64,000 nucleotides of DNA, taken from assembly GCA_964485795.1 (NCBI GenBank), contig CAZAJQ010000007.1, positions 3,880 through 67,879 of the forward strand, in the 5' to 3' direction. Each line of letters starts with the position of its first letter. Position 1 is the stretch's first letter. Made by a program: the position numbers and the translations under genes. Below the pieces are notes generated by a model. It ran no database searches and had not been told where the DNA came from. It worked only from the letters and a program-made list of their open reading frames with translations. Below are positions 26,471 to 35,379 of the stretch, piece by piece. This DNA comes from an uncultured Gammaproteobacteria bacterium. Its GTDB lineage: Bacteria > Patescibacteriota > Patescibacteriia > VMEV01 > CAZAJQ01.

Positions 26471-28693
26471 ATGAACCGAGAATTTGAAACCATCGCTCCG
26501 AAAGAATATCTGACCTCAAAAGGAATCGCTTACAGGGAAAGCGGAAAAGAGCTGATCGTCTGCTGTCTTTTTAACGACTGTGACAAGGACAGTAAGGGCA
26601 ATGAGGCGCATTTGTACCTCAACGCCGAAACGGGACAATACGAATGCAAGAAATGTGGAGAAAGAGGCAATCTGATCACACTTGCCAAACGCTTGGGCGA
26701 TGATTTGCAAGATATTGCCATTAACAACGAAACGTTCAACCGCGTTTCGCAACGTAAGCCGAAATTTGACGCCCGTTCGGTCGAGTCGGCCGTTATGGCA
26801 CTTCCAGACCACATCCGCCTGTATCTCAAAAACAGGGGCGTTTGTGACGAGGTTATCGACCATCACAAGATCGGCTGGGGAGAATTTTACGGCAAACACT
26901 GGATTACCATACCGATCAAGGACGTTAACGGGGCTTATCGCTACTTCAAACTCAGACAAGACCCAAGCGAAGGCGATGAAAAGATCACTTACCCGAAAGG
27001 CGCTGAAGCTCAGATTTACGACTGGGAGAGTTTGAACGATTCAAGCGATCGGCTTGTCATTTGCGAAGGTGAAATGGACAGGCTCGCTTTGCTTTCCAAA
27101 AACATCAACGCCGTTACTTCAACACACGGCGCCATGACCTTCAAACAGGAATGGTGCGAAAGAATCAGTGATAACAAGAAAATTTATATCTGCTACGACA
27201 ATGACGAGGCTGGGAGAAAAGGCGCGGAAAGGGTGGCAAAAATATTGCACAACGGCAAGCGCGAAATTCAAATCATCACTTTACCGCCCGAGGTCGGCGA
27301 CAGCGGAGACATGACAGATTTTTTGGTAAAGCTAAACGGCAACCCAGACGACCTGTTCGGCAAATACGCCAAACCGTATCCCGAAAAAATCGACGTGTCT
27401 CAATTCAAACCTTTAACAACGAAAAACCTGCTTGAGATTCTCGGACTCACCATCAAGCAAGACGAGGAAAACAAGATTGCCACGTTCTTGTGTCAGCTTT
27501 CAGCCTTCACCGAAAACGCGCAATTCAACATCAGCTACAATGCGCCATCGTCCACGGGCAAAAGCTATATACCAACCGAAATAGCACGACTATTCCCAGA
27601 GGATGATGTTATGGAACTCGCATATTGCAGTCCGACCGCTTTTTTCCATGACGTGGGCGAATATGACAAAGAGATGAAGGGCTATCTGGTGGATCTGTCG
27701 CGCAAAATCCTTATCTTTCTCGATCAACCGCACAACGAGCTTTTGGCCAGATTGAGGCCGTTATTATCGCACGATAAAAAGCAAATCATGCTCAAGATAA
27801 CGGACAAATCGCAAAAGTTCGGACTCAAAACAAAAAACGTTTTACTGAGAGGTTATCCGTCCGTGATTTTCTGCACGGCAGGTTTGCGTATCGATGAACA
27901 GGAAGCCACTCGCTTCTTGCTTTTGAGTCCCGAAATCAATCAAGAGAAAATCAGGCAAGGCATTTTGGAGAGCATTAAAAAAGAGGTCGACTCCCAAAAT
28001 TATAAAAGCTGGCTTGATGAAAATCCTGAACGAAAACTGCTCAAAGAACGCATACGAGCCATCAAACAGGAAAACATCAAAGAAATAAAGTTATCGGGAG
28101 AGCAAAAAATCATCGAACGGTTTTTTAATCAGACCAAACTTCTTAAACCAAGACATCAGCGCGATATCAAACGATTGATATCACTCATCAAATCATTCGC
28201 GTTAATCAATCTTTGGTGGCGTGACCGCAAAGGCACGACCATTACGGCCAATGATGCGGACATCGAACAGGCTTTTGCAGTTTGGAATGTTATTGCGGCC
28301 AGTCAGGAACTCAATTTGCCGCCATACATTTACAACCTCTATCAAGAGGTTATTTTGCAGGCTTGGACGGACAAAAACGCTGTATTGCCAAAGGCGGAAA
28401 AGGTTGGATTGTCGAGACAAGAGGTTTTGCAAAAACATTTCGAAGTTTATGGCAGAATGCTCGACACCAACCAATTGCGCCAGCAGATATTGCCCATGTT
28501 GGAGACGGCAGGATTGATTGTTCAAGAACCAGACCAGAATGACAAAAGAAAAATCCTGATTTATCCGTCTTTACGAACCGACAAGCGGAAAAACAATAGT
28601 GTAACCGAGGGTGGGGTAAAAACAACGGACGACCGAAACGGAACGGATGATTTTAATCTTGAGACGAAAATCTCTAATGATTTCGGCATGTAA
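26471..28693 (+). CDS. Phage/plasmid-type DNA primase-helicase: CHC2-like zinc finger + TOPRIM + P-loop NTPase domain
   Basis: N-terminal Cys cluster CCLFNDCDKD..HLYLNAETGQYECKKCGERGNL. TOPRIM: LVICEGEMDRLAL ... IYICYDNDEAGRKGAERV. Variant Walker A: YNAPSSTGKSY. 740 aa. Confidence 0.8.
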   Translation: MNREFETIAPKEYLTSKGIAYRESGKELIVCCLFNDCDKDSKGNEAHLYLNAETGQYECKKCGERGNLITLAKRLGDDLQDIAINNETFNRVSQRKPKFDARSVESAVMALPDHIRLYLKNRGVCDEVIDHHKIGWGEFYGKHWITIPIKDVNGAYRYFKLRQDPSEGDEKITYPKGAEAQIYDWESLNDSSDRLVICEGEMDRLALLSKNINAVTSTHGAMTFKQEWCERISDNKKIYICYDNDEAGRKGAERVAKILHNGKREIQIITLPPEVGDSGDMTDFLVKLNGNPDDLFGKYAKPYPEKIDVSQFKPLTTKNLLEILGLTIKQDEENKIATFLCQLSAFTENAQFNISYNAPSSTGKSYIPTEIARLFPEDDVMELAYCSPTAFFHDVGEYDKEMKGYLVDLSRKILIFLDQPHNELLARLRPLLSHDKKQIMLKITDKSQKFGLKTKNVLLRGYPSVIFCTAGLRIDEQEATRFLLLSPEINQEKIRQGILESIKKEVDSQNYKSWLDENPERKLLKERIRAIKQENIKEIKLSGEQKIIERFFNQTKLLKPRHQRDIKRLISLIKSFALINLWWRDRKGTTITANDADIEQAFAVWNVIAASQELNLPPYIYNLYQEVILQAWTDKNAVLPKAEKVGLSRQEVLQKHFEVYGRMLDTNQLRQQILPMLETAGLIVQEPDQNDKRKILIYPSLRTDKRKNNSVTEGGVKTTDDRNGTDDFNLETKISNDFGM

Positions 28694-28702
28694 CAACTCA
28701 AC

Positions 28703-29293
28703 ATGACCAGAAAAATCGCGGAAATATCAAACGGCTTGAGCGTCTTCTTTCTGAAAAAACACGGCTTTCTGCCACAGGGAGACTCTTGGCGCAACGGCGG
28801 AATCAAATGGACGTGGGATGATTGGCAAAGCAATATCGGTTTTTCCGTGCAAACGCAGACAGACGACAATTCAGGGTATATTGAACTGAACTACACGGTG
28901 ACGGACGGGCAATCGAACGAAAAGACCGAGATGAAATACAAAATCAAACTTGTGACGACTTCCTGCAATTACGGCGGAAAGCGCTACTGGTTCGAATGTC
29001 CATTAACGACTAACGGCGAATATTGCGGACGCAGAGTCGGCGTCATTTACAGCGTCGGTAAGCTGTTCGGCTGTCGGTATTGCGCCAATGTAGCCTATCG
29101 CGCCCAATTTGAGAGCGGAAAATATCGTGTCGGATCAAGCACAAAACTCAACATTCAGGATGCTTTGACGGAAGCTACAACCCGTTATTACAACGGCAAG
29201 CCGACAAGGAAATTCAGGCGCTATTTAAGGCTTCGGGAAAGGTTGGAAATCATGTGGGCGAAGATAGCCGAAAAACTGGATATTATTCAATAA
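28703..29293 (+). CDS. Hypothetical protein with Cys4 zinc-ribbon-like motif
   Basis: CNYGGKRYWFECP...YCGRR...CRYCANV; 196 aa; lies between the primase and integrase genes. Confidence 0.5.
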   Translation: MTRKIAEISNGLSVFFLKKHGFLPQGDSWRNGGIKWTWDDWQSNIGFSVQTQTDDNSGYIELNYTVTDGQSNEKTEMKYKIKLVTTSCNYGGKRYWFECPLTTNGEYCGRRVGVIYSVGKLFGCRYCANVAYRAQFESGKYRVGSSTKLNIQDALTEATTRYYNGKPTRKFRRYLRLRERLEIMWAKIAEKLDIIQ

Positions 29294-29345
29294 AACGTAT
29301 ATGTTTGAAGTGTCAACCAAAGGCATATTTAAGCCAAAAATTACA

Positions 29346-30992
29346 ATGACCAAAGACACCGCAAAAATCAAATACTTTCTGTATTCCAGAAAGTCATCGG
29401 AGAGCGAGGATCGTCAGGTGCAATCCATTGACGATCAAATCAATCGCTTGAAAAGAATCGCCGATGATTTGAATATTGAGGTCGTTAAAATTTACACCGA
29501 AGCCAAGTCAGCCAAAAAGCCGAACAACCGACCGATATTCGACGAAATGGTGGAACGAATCGAAAAAGGCGACGCCGGCGGAATATTGTGCTGGCAAATC
29601 AACCGCCTTTCCAGAAATCCCATAGACAGCGGAAAATTGAGCTGGCTTCTGCAAAGAGGGGTTTTAAAATCAATTCAGACCATAGACCGCCAATATCTCC
29701 CTGAGGATAATGTCCTGTTGTTCAGCGTGGAAAGCGGTGTGGCCAACCAATACATTCTGGATTTGAGCAAAAACACCAAGCGAGGACTGCAAAGCAAACT
29801 GGAAAAGGGCTGGCAAAACGGAATCGCGCCTCTGGGCTATTTGAACGACAAAGAAAACAAAACCATCATCACAGACCCCGAACGGTTCAATCTCGTTCGT
29901 AAAATGTGGGACTTGATGCTTACAGGAAACTACACTCCTCCCAAAATTCTGGAAAAAGTAAATGAAGAATGGGGCTTTCGCACAAGAAAATTTAAAAGAA
30001 TGGGCGGTAATCCACTGTCGCGAAGCGGAATTTATAAAATTCTGACGAATCAATTTTACGCTGGAATCATCGAAGTTAACGGCCAGCAATACGAGGGGCA
30101 ACACGAAAAGATGATCACTTTTGAGGAATACGACAGGGCGCAGATGTTACTTGGCCGTGAGGGCAGACCGCGCCCGAAGACCCGAGCGTTCGCATTTACG
30201 GGAGCCATAAGATGCGGAGTTTGCGGGTGTTTGTACACCGCCGAAGTGAAAAAGAAACTCATTAAAAGCACGGGGCGGATAAAAGAATACACCTACTATC
30301 ACTGCACAAGAAAAACGATGAAAATCAAATGCGATCAACGGAAAAGCATACCTGTTGAGGATTTGGAAGTGGCCATTGAGCAAGAAATCGAGAAATACAC
30401 GATATTGCCAGAGTTTTTGGATTGGGCGTTGGAAGGTTTGAACAAAAAGAACGATACGGAAATAGAAGACCGCACCAAGATTTACGAGATGCAACACGGC
30501 AATTTGGCCAAAACCCAAAAAGAGCTGGATGAACTCACCAAGATGAGATACCGCCAGCTTATCGACGACGAAACCTTTATCAAGGAGAAAAACGCATTAC
30601 AAATTAAAATCGGCCAATGCAAAGAAAACTTGCGCACCACCGAAACAAGAGCTGAAAAATGGCTTGAGCTGACTGAGAAGACATTCAACTTTGCCACTTA
30701 CGCACGTTCTGCATTTTTAAAAGCCAGTGAAATGGGCAAACAAGGGTTAGAACTGAAGAAAGAAATTTTGCTCGCCATTGGAAAAACTCCGATAATAAGG
30801 GACGGAAAGCTCACCATCGAACCGAATGACTGGCTTGCGGAGATCGAAAAAGCGTATCCATCGCTTGAGAAAGAATACCTTAGGTTAGAACCGACGAAAA
30901 ACCGCTTGAATAAACGTGAAAACCGAGCTTTAGGCTCGGTTCATACACGTTGGCTCCGGGGGTGGGACTCGAACCCACGACCAATTGGTTAA
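29346..30992 (+). CDS. Large serine recombinase (serine integrase)
   Basis: The resolvase catalytic region KYFLYSRKSSESEDRQVQSIDDQ has the Y-x-R-x-S motif. It has a recombinase domain, a zinc ribbon CGVCGC...YYHCTRK and a long C-terminal coiled-coil. The last roughly 14 codons read through the tRNA-Asn 3' end (..GWDSNPRPIG), so the true stop may be earlier. Confidence 0.85.
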   Translation: MTKDTAKIKYFLYSRKSSESEDRQVQSIDDQINRLKRIADDLNIEVVKIYTEAKSAKKPNNRPIFDEMVERIEKGDAGGILCWQINRLSRNPIDSGKLSWLLQRGVLKSIQTIDRQYLPEDNVLLFSVESGVANQYILDLSKNTKRGLQSKLEKGWQNGIAPLGYLNDKENKTIITDPERFNLVRKMWDLMLTGNYTPPKILEKVNEEWGFRTRKFKRMGGNPLSRSGIYKILTNQFYAGIIEVNGQQYEGQHEKMITFEEYDRAQMLLGREGRPRPKTRAFAFTGAIRCGVCGCLYTAEVKKKLIKSTGRIKEYTYYHCTRKTMKIKCDQRKSIPVEDLEVAIEQEIEKYTILPEFLDWALEGLNKKNDTEIEDRTKIYEMQHGNLAKTQKELDELTKMRYRQLIDDETFIKEKNALQIKIGQCKENLRTTETRAEKWLELTEKTFNFATYARSAFLKASEMGKQGLELKKEILLAIGKTPIIRDGKLTIEPNDWLAEIEKAYPSLEKEYLRLEPTKNRLNKRENRALGSVHTRWLRGWDSNPRPIG

Positions 30993-31026
30993 CAGCCAAC
31001 TGCTCTACCGACTGAGCTACCCCGGA
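30951..31026 (-). tRNA. tRNA-Asn (anticodon GTT)
   Basis: Reverse complement: TCCGGGGTAGCTCAGTCGGTAGAGCAGTTGGCTGTTAACCAATTGGTCGTGGGTTCGAGTCCCACCCCCGGAGCCA. The 7-bp acceptor, D arm GCTC/GAGC, anticodon loop CTGTTAA, T arm GTGGG-TTCGAGT-CCCAC and encoded CCA all fold as a cloverleaf. Confidence 0.85.
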
Positions 31027-31096
31027 ATATGTCATTATTTGAAACTCACAAAGAACATTTCACGAATGTATCATACCCATTTTCAAAAATCAAAAA

Positions 31097-32158
31097 TCAC
31101 TTTTTTACCGTCATCATCGTTCCGGATATATCATCGGGTTTGGCGCGAAAAGCCGACGGATTTCTCCATCCTGCTTCGCTGTTTTTCTGCGACATCGTAA
31201 GAATTTGCTTCAATGCTTCTTCGTCCGAACCGTTCTCTGTCAATACCTTCGCTATCTCTTTATCATTCATATTATCCGTCACCCCGTCCGTAAACGCCAT
31301 GATCCGATCACCTTCATTCAGGTCATACTCTTTCAAATGAAGCGTAAAATCTGTTCCCTGCCCGATTCCTGAGGTAAAAGATCTATTGTTCAGGAAATAT
31401 GCCATCAAATTTTTAAGAACCTCGCTTGCCGCTTTATTTTCACTTTTGACGATTTTCCTCATGACATCGGAATTTCTATATTCCGATGCATAAGAAATAG
31501 CCTCAGCCTGGTTGCTCGCGCGAGACCATGACCTTTGAATATGCCCGATGACATTTTCTTTTTCTTCATCGGTAAGCTTCCATGTATCCGCCTTTTCAGA
31601 AATCGCTTCAGTACAAGCATTATCATCAAGAGTAAGCGCCTCCAGCGTCCCCTCGCGAAAACGATAAGCCCGACTGTCTCCCACATGGGCTGTAATGGCG
31701 CGAAATCCACCTTCAAAGGGATACATCACCACAAGCGTCGCCGTCGTCATGCCGCGCTTGATGCTCAAATGCGCTTTTTCAAAGGCATTCTCCATGATTT
31801 TTCTCAATTTTTTCGGATCATCTGACAAACGGATTTTATTTTCAAGAGCCTTCTCAAATTCACTCGTTAATTCGTTTTGAATGACGGATTTTGTTGTCTC
31901 CGCGGCCTCATCCCCATGCTCTTCTCCTCCCATACCATCGAATACCGCGAAACACCGTATATCGCTTCCCGACATCGCCAAAACGCGATCTTCATTTTTC
32001 CACCCCAACATATCTTTTTTCAGGGAACCGGAGACGATCTCTCCTTCATTGTTCACAAATTCTTTTGAGCGCATGGATTCCATGATATGCTGAGACTTTT
32101 CATTTTCCATACAAAATATTTTTTTTAAAAAAAATGGTTTTTGATGTGTGACGCTCAA
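31097..32158 (-). CDS. PP2C-family Ser/Thr protein phosphatase
   Basis: VFDGMGGEEHGDEAAE, AHVGDSRAY and AFTDGVTD motifs. Confidence 0.8.
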   Translation of the reverse strand: MSVTHQKPFFLKKIFCMENEKSQHIMESMRSKEFVNNEGEIVSGSLKKDMLGWKNEDRVLAMSGSDIRCFAVFDGMGGEEHGDEAAETTKSVIQNELTSEFEKALENKIRLSDDPKKLRKIMENAFEKAHLSIKRGMTTATLVVMYPFEGGFRAITAHVGDSRAYRFREGTLEALTLDDNACTEAISEKADTWKLTDEEKENVIGHIQRSWSRASNQAEAISYASEYRNSDVMRKIVKSENKAASEVLKNLMAYFLNNRSFTSGIGQGTDFTLHLKEYDLNEGDRIMAFTDGVTDNMNDKEIAKVLTENGSDEEALKQILTMSQKNSEAGWRNPSAFRAKPDDISGTMMTVKK

Positions 32159-32172
32159 CCTCTTGCGCCCGT

Positions 32173-33474
32173 CTAATAATCTCTCAGCTTATCAATTCCC
32201 TTGCTTTGCGCTATCTTTTCGAGTGCTTTGGCTTCGATTTGGCGGATACGTTCGCGAGTGACGCCAAACTCCTGCCCCACTTCCTCGAGCGTATGCGTCA
32301 CTCCGTCCATAAGACCAAAACGCATTTCCAAAATCTTCTGCTCCCGCGGAGAGAGATCCTTGATAACGTCCGTCACATAATCTTTGAGCAGCTGCAAAGC
32401 GGCCGATCGGGAAGGCGTGGTGTTTTTCGTATCTTCGATGAATTCTTGCAGCTTTGAATCATCCTCATCTTCGCCCACTGGCGTCTCGAGAGAAATCGTG
32501 TCCTGCGAAATCTTCATGATATGTCGGATCTTTTCCACGTCTTCGCCCATCTCGGACGCGATTTCTTCGGGAAGCGGCTCGCGACCAAGCTCCTGAATCA
32601 ATCGTCTTTCCACCTGCTGGAACTTGTTGATGGTCTCAACCATATGAACCGGAATACGAATCGTTCGCGATTGATCGGCCAAGGCGCGCGTGATGGCCTG
32701 CCTGATCCACCATGTGGCATAGGTGGAAAATTTGTATCCCTTGCGATATTCAAACTTCTCCACGGCTCGAAAAAGCCCGATATTGCCCTCTTGAATCAGA
32801 TCCAAAAAAGAGAGACTTTTTCCCGTGAATTTTTTTGCTATGGATACCACCAGACGAAGATTTGCCTCTATCAGTCTTTGCTTGGCTTCGACTTCACCGC
32901 GTTCCTTGCGCTTAGCGAGCGCGATCTCTTCTTCGGAAGTCAACAAAGGCACCTTCCCGATTTCGCGCAAATACATCTGAATGGAGTCGGCGGAAATCTC
33001 CGAAAGGTCAAACTTTTTTCCTTCTTTTCCGATGGCGATATTAAACGGAGAGAGAATCTTTTCATGCTCTTCCTTGCTTGCCAAAATTCCGCCCTTGGGC
33101 TCCACGATGGAGACGCCATTATCCTCGAGCACCGCGAGAAAATCGCGAAACTGATCCACATACTCTTCGACCTCCGGGAAGGCGTAAAGCACTTCCGTTT
33201 CCGTGACAAACCCTCTTGATCTCCCTTCGCGCAGCAGCCTCTCGACGGCTTCGGGCGAAGGATACTGTATCCGATGCACTTCGGGAATCGCTTTTATCGC
33301 GGTCTTTTTCGGCTTTTTTGCGTCTTTTGATTTTTTCGATCCTTTCGGAAGGGCTTTTATTTTTTTTGGACTCTTTTTCTTTAAGGAAGAAAGCTTTAAA
33401 GGCATAAAAAAATCGTTATGACTCTTATTCGAAAGATTGAAAATATTGAACGACGGTCGGATGGGAATCGGCAT
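32173..33474 (-). CDS. rpoD: RNA polymerase sigma factor RpoD (sigma-70)
   Basis: [39 protein letters not shown] (region 2), IRIPVHMVE, and the region 4 [30 protein letters not shown]. Confidence 0.9.
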   Translation of the reverse strand: MPIPIRPSFNIFNLSNKSHNDFFMPLKLSSLKKKSPKKIKALPKGSKKSKDAKKPKKTAIKAIPEVHRIQYPSPEAVERLLREGRSRGFVTETEVLYAFPEVEEYVDQFRDFLAVLEDNGVSIVEPKGGILASKEEHEKILSPFNIAIGKEGKKFDLSEISADSIQMYLREIGKVPLLTSEEEIALAKRKERGEVEAKQRLIEANLRLVVSIAKKFTGKSLSFLDLIQEGNIGLFRAVEKFEYRKGYKFSTYATWWIRQAITRALADQSRTIRIPVHMVETINKFQQVERRLIQELGREPLPEEIASEMGEDVEKIRHIMKISQDTISLETPVGEDEDDSKLQEFIEDTKNTTPSRSAALQLLKDYVTDVIKDLSPREQKILEMRFGLMDGVTHTLEEVGQEFGVTRERIRQIEAKALEKIAQSKGIDKLRDY

Positions 33475-33521
33475 TACGGAATTTTCTCAATGCCGGAATG
33501 CGATGATAAGGATGAGAAACA

Positions 33522-35342
33522 TCACGAGAGCGACTTCATCTTGGACGCGATGTCCTCAAAATCTTTCATCAAATCCGCCATTTTGTCATGATGGGAAAGT
33601 GGCTGTTCCGACCGGTGAATGGCTTTTTTTATTTCCATCAGCCTGTGTTGATAATAACGTTTTTGAATCTGTGCGATTAATTTTTCCCATTCTTGTTTAA
33701 GCTCTGACGGCTGAAAATGAAAAAATTCCTTTTCAAAAAAAAGGATTATAATATGGTACCGAGAAACAAGCGATGGATCCTCGCTTTGTAAATAGGCTTC
33801 AAAATCCCTACGCTCTGGCTCATTATAAAATTTCTTTATCGCCCTGTAAAGCTTTTTTGAAGATTCATCAAAAAACATCTCTTCCGTCAAGACATTGTCC
33901 TCTCCGGCTATCGCGGGATGTGTATAAAAGGCCAAAACCGTTTCTTCCAAGTTCAAAGCATGGTTTGTCTCTCCCAAAGACGCTTCAGATGTCTTACGCG
34001 ACGGAGCTTTTTTTACTTTCAAACTTTGCATTTCCTCATACAAAATATTTTCCGGAATATCCATGTGAAACGCAAAAAATCTCATATACTGATTTTGCAT
34101 CAGCCGGCTTTGAAAATGCTTCAGAAGTGAAAGAAATGTCCTGATAATGGTCTGCTTTTGCACCGGATTATCGCGCGGCTGCGAAAGAAGCCTTGCCATG
34201 AAAACTTCCATATAATCCTTTGAATCGGAAAGAATTTGCTTCCAGAGATCGGGATTTTTTTGGATGCATTCATCCGCGTCTTTGCCGCAGCCGTCGGGAA
34301 TATTGACCACCTTCACATGAAGGTCATGCTCCAATGCGAGCAAAAAAGCGCGATCAAGCGCCTCGATGCCCGCGCCGTCGGTGTCAAAACAGAACGCAAT
34401 GTTTTTTGCGTACCTTTTGAGCAAACTCAGCTGCTCGACCGTCAAAGCCGTGCCCGATGAAGCCACCACATGTTTGCAGCCGACTTTATGCGAAGCGATG
34501 ACGTCCATCTGCCCTTCGACGAGGACGACCGTATCGAGCTCGCGTATGGCTTTTTTGCCTTCGAAAAGTCCGTAGAGAATACGACTTTTGTGATAAACGG
34601 CCGTTTCCGGAGTATTGATGTACTTGCCCATCTTGTCTTTTTCCGGATCCAGGACTCGAGCCGTGAAACCGACCGTATTGCCTTGATGATCCTTGATGGG
34701 AAACATAAGGCGATTGCGAAAACGGTCATACGCTGCCCCTCCTTGCTTGCTTGGCACGACAAGTCCGGCCTTTTGCAAATTTTGGTCGCCGATACCTTTG
34801 CGATTGAAATACTTTCGCAGCACTTCCCACCCGTCCGGAGCGTATCCGACGCAAAAATCCCGTAGGGTCTTTTCATCCAAACCGCGACTTTGCGCATAGT
34901 TTCTCGCATGCTCGGCCTTGGGATGTTTCATGAGAAGCTCATGAAAAAAAAGCGCCGCCTTTTCATTGATCTCAAAAAGCGTATTTTTTTCCGAAGTATC
35001 TTCAAAAGACTTTTTTTGCAAAACCACACCCGCTTTGTCGGCGAGAAATTTCAATGCTTCGGGAAAATCGATGTTTTCATACAGCTGCAAAAAAGAAAAA
35101 ACGTCTCCACCTTTTCCGCAGCCGAAACAATGCCAGATCTGTCGAGACGGCGACACCATGAAAGACGGAGATTTTTCATGATGAAAAGGACACCGCGCCT
35201 TGTGATTGGCTCCGGCCGCTTTGAGTTCAAGGTACTCCGAGATAAAGCTGACAATATCGAGTTTTGATTTGATTTCTTCCACGGAATCCATAGAAGCGGT
35301 ATCAAAAATGACATATCCTACCACAGGGTAGGACATTTTCAT
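33522..35342 (-). CDS. dnaG: DNA primase DnaG
   Basis: The zinc finger CPFHHEKSPSFMVSPSRQIWHCFGCGKGGDV and the TOPRIM motifs VVLVEGQMDVIA .. AFCFDTDGAG. It lies directly upstream of rpoD, the classical MMS arrangement. Confidence 0.9.
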   Translation of the reverse strand: MKMSYPVVGYVIFDTASMDSVEEIKSKLDIVSFISEYLELKAAGANHKARCPFHHEKSPSFMVSPSRQIWHCFGCGKGGDVFSFLQLYENIDFPEALKFLADKAGVVLQKKSFEDTSEKNTLFEINEKAALFFHELLMKHPKAEHARNYAQSRGLDEKTLRDFCVGYAPDGWEVLRKYFNRKGIGDQNLQKAGLVVPSKQGGAAYDRFRNRLMFPIKDHQGNTVGFTARVLDPEKDKMGKYINTPETAVYHKSRILYGLFEGKKAIRELDTVVLVEGQMDVIASHKVGCKHVVASSGTALTVEQLSLLKRYAKNIAFCFDTDGAGIEALDRAFLLALEHDLHVKVVNIPDGCGKDADECIQKNPDLWKQILSDSKDYMEVFMARLLSQPRDNPVQKQTIIRTFLSLLKHFQSRLMQNQYMRFFAFHMDIPENILYEEMQSLKVKKAPSRKTSEASLGETNHALNLEETVLAFYTHPAIAGEDNVLTEEMFFDESSKKLYRAIKKFYNEPERRDFEAYLQSEDPSLVSRYHIIILFFEKEFFHFQPSELKQEWEKLIAQIQKRYYQHRLMEIKKAIHRSEQPLSHHDKMADLMKDFEDIASKMKSLS

Positions 35343-35379
35343 CAGAGATTCAAATACAACAAAAAAGTGAGGTGAAAAT

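Larger units (their letters stand above)
17620..31026. mobile_element. Integrated genetic element at tRNA-Asn: serine integrase, excisionase-like HTH, primase-helicase, GATC restriction-modification cassette and a 3-gene unknown operon
   Basis: Boundaries and content: the tRNA-Asn 3' end abuts a large serine recombinase; phage/plasmid-type replication genes (CHC2+TOPRIM+P-loop) are present; there is an Xis-like HTH and divergent operon organisation; the flanks carry core genes (PP2C-rpoD-dnaG on the right). The left boundary is approximate. Confidence 0.6.

Noticed and set aside
30951-30992. C-terminal tail of the integrase ORF (..RWLRGWDSNPRPIG)
   Set aside because: Not rejected as a gene, but the last roughly 14 codons are a read-through into the tRNA-Asn sequence. 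The biologically relevant stop or att crossover is probably earlier, so the annotated end is nominal.
32521-33219. 232-aa + strand ORF inside rpoD
   Set aside because: Antisense shadow of rpoD.
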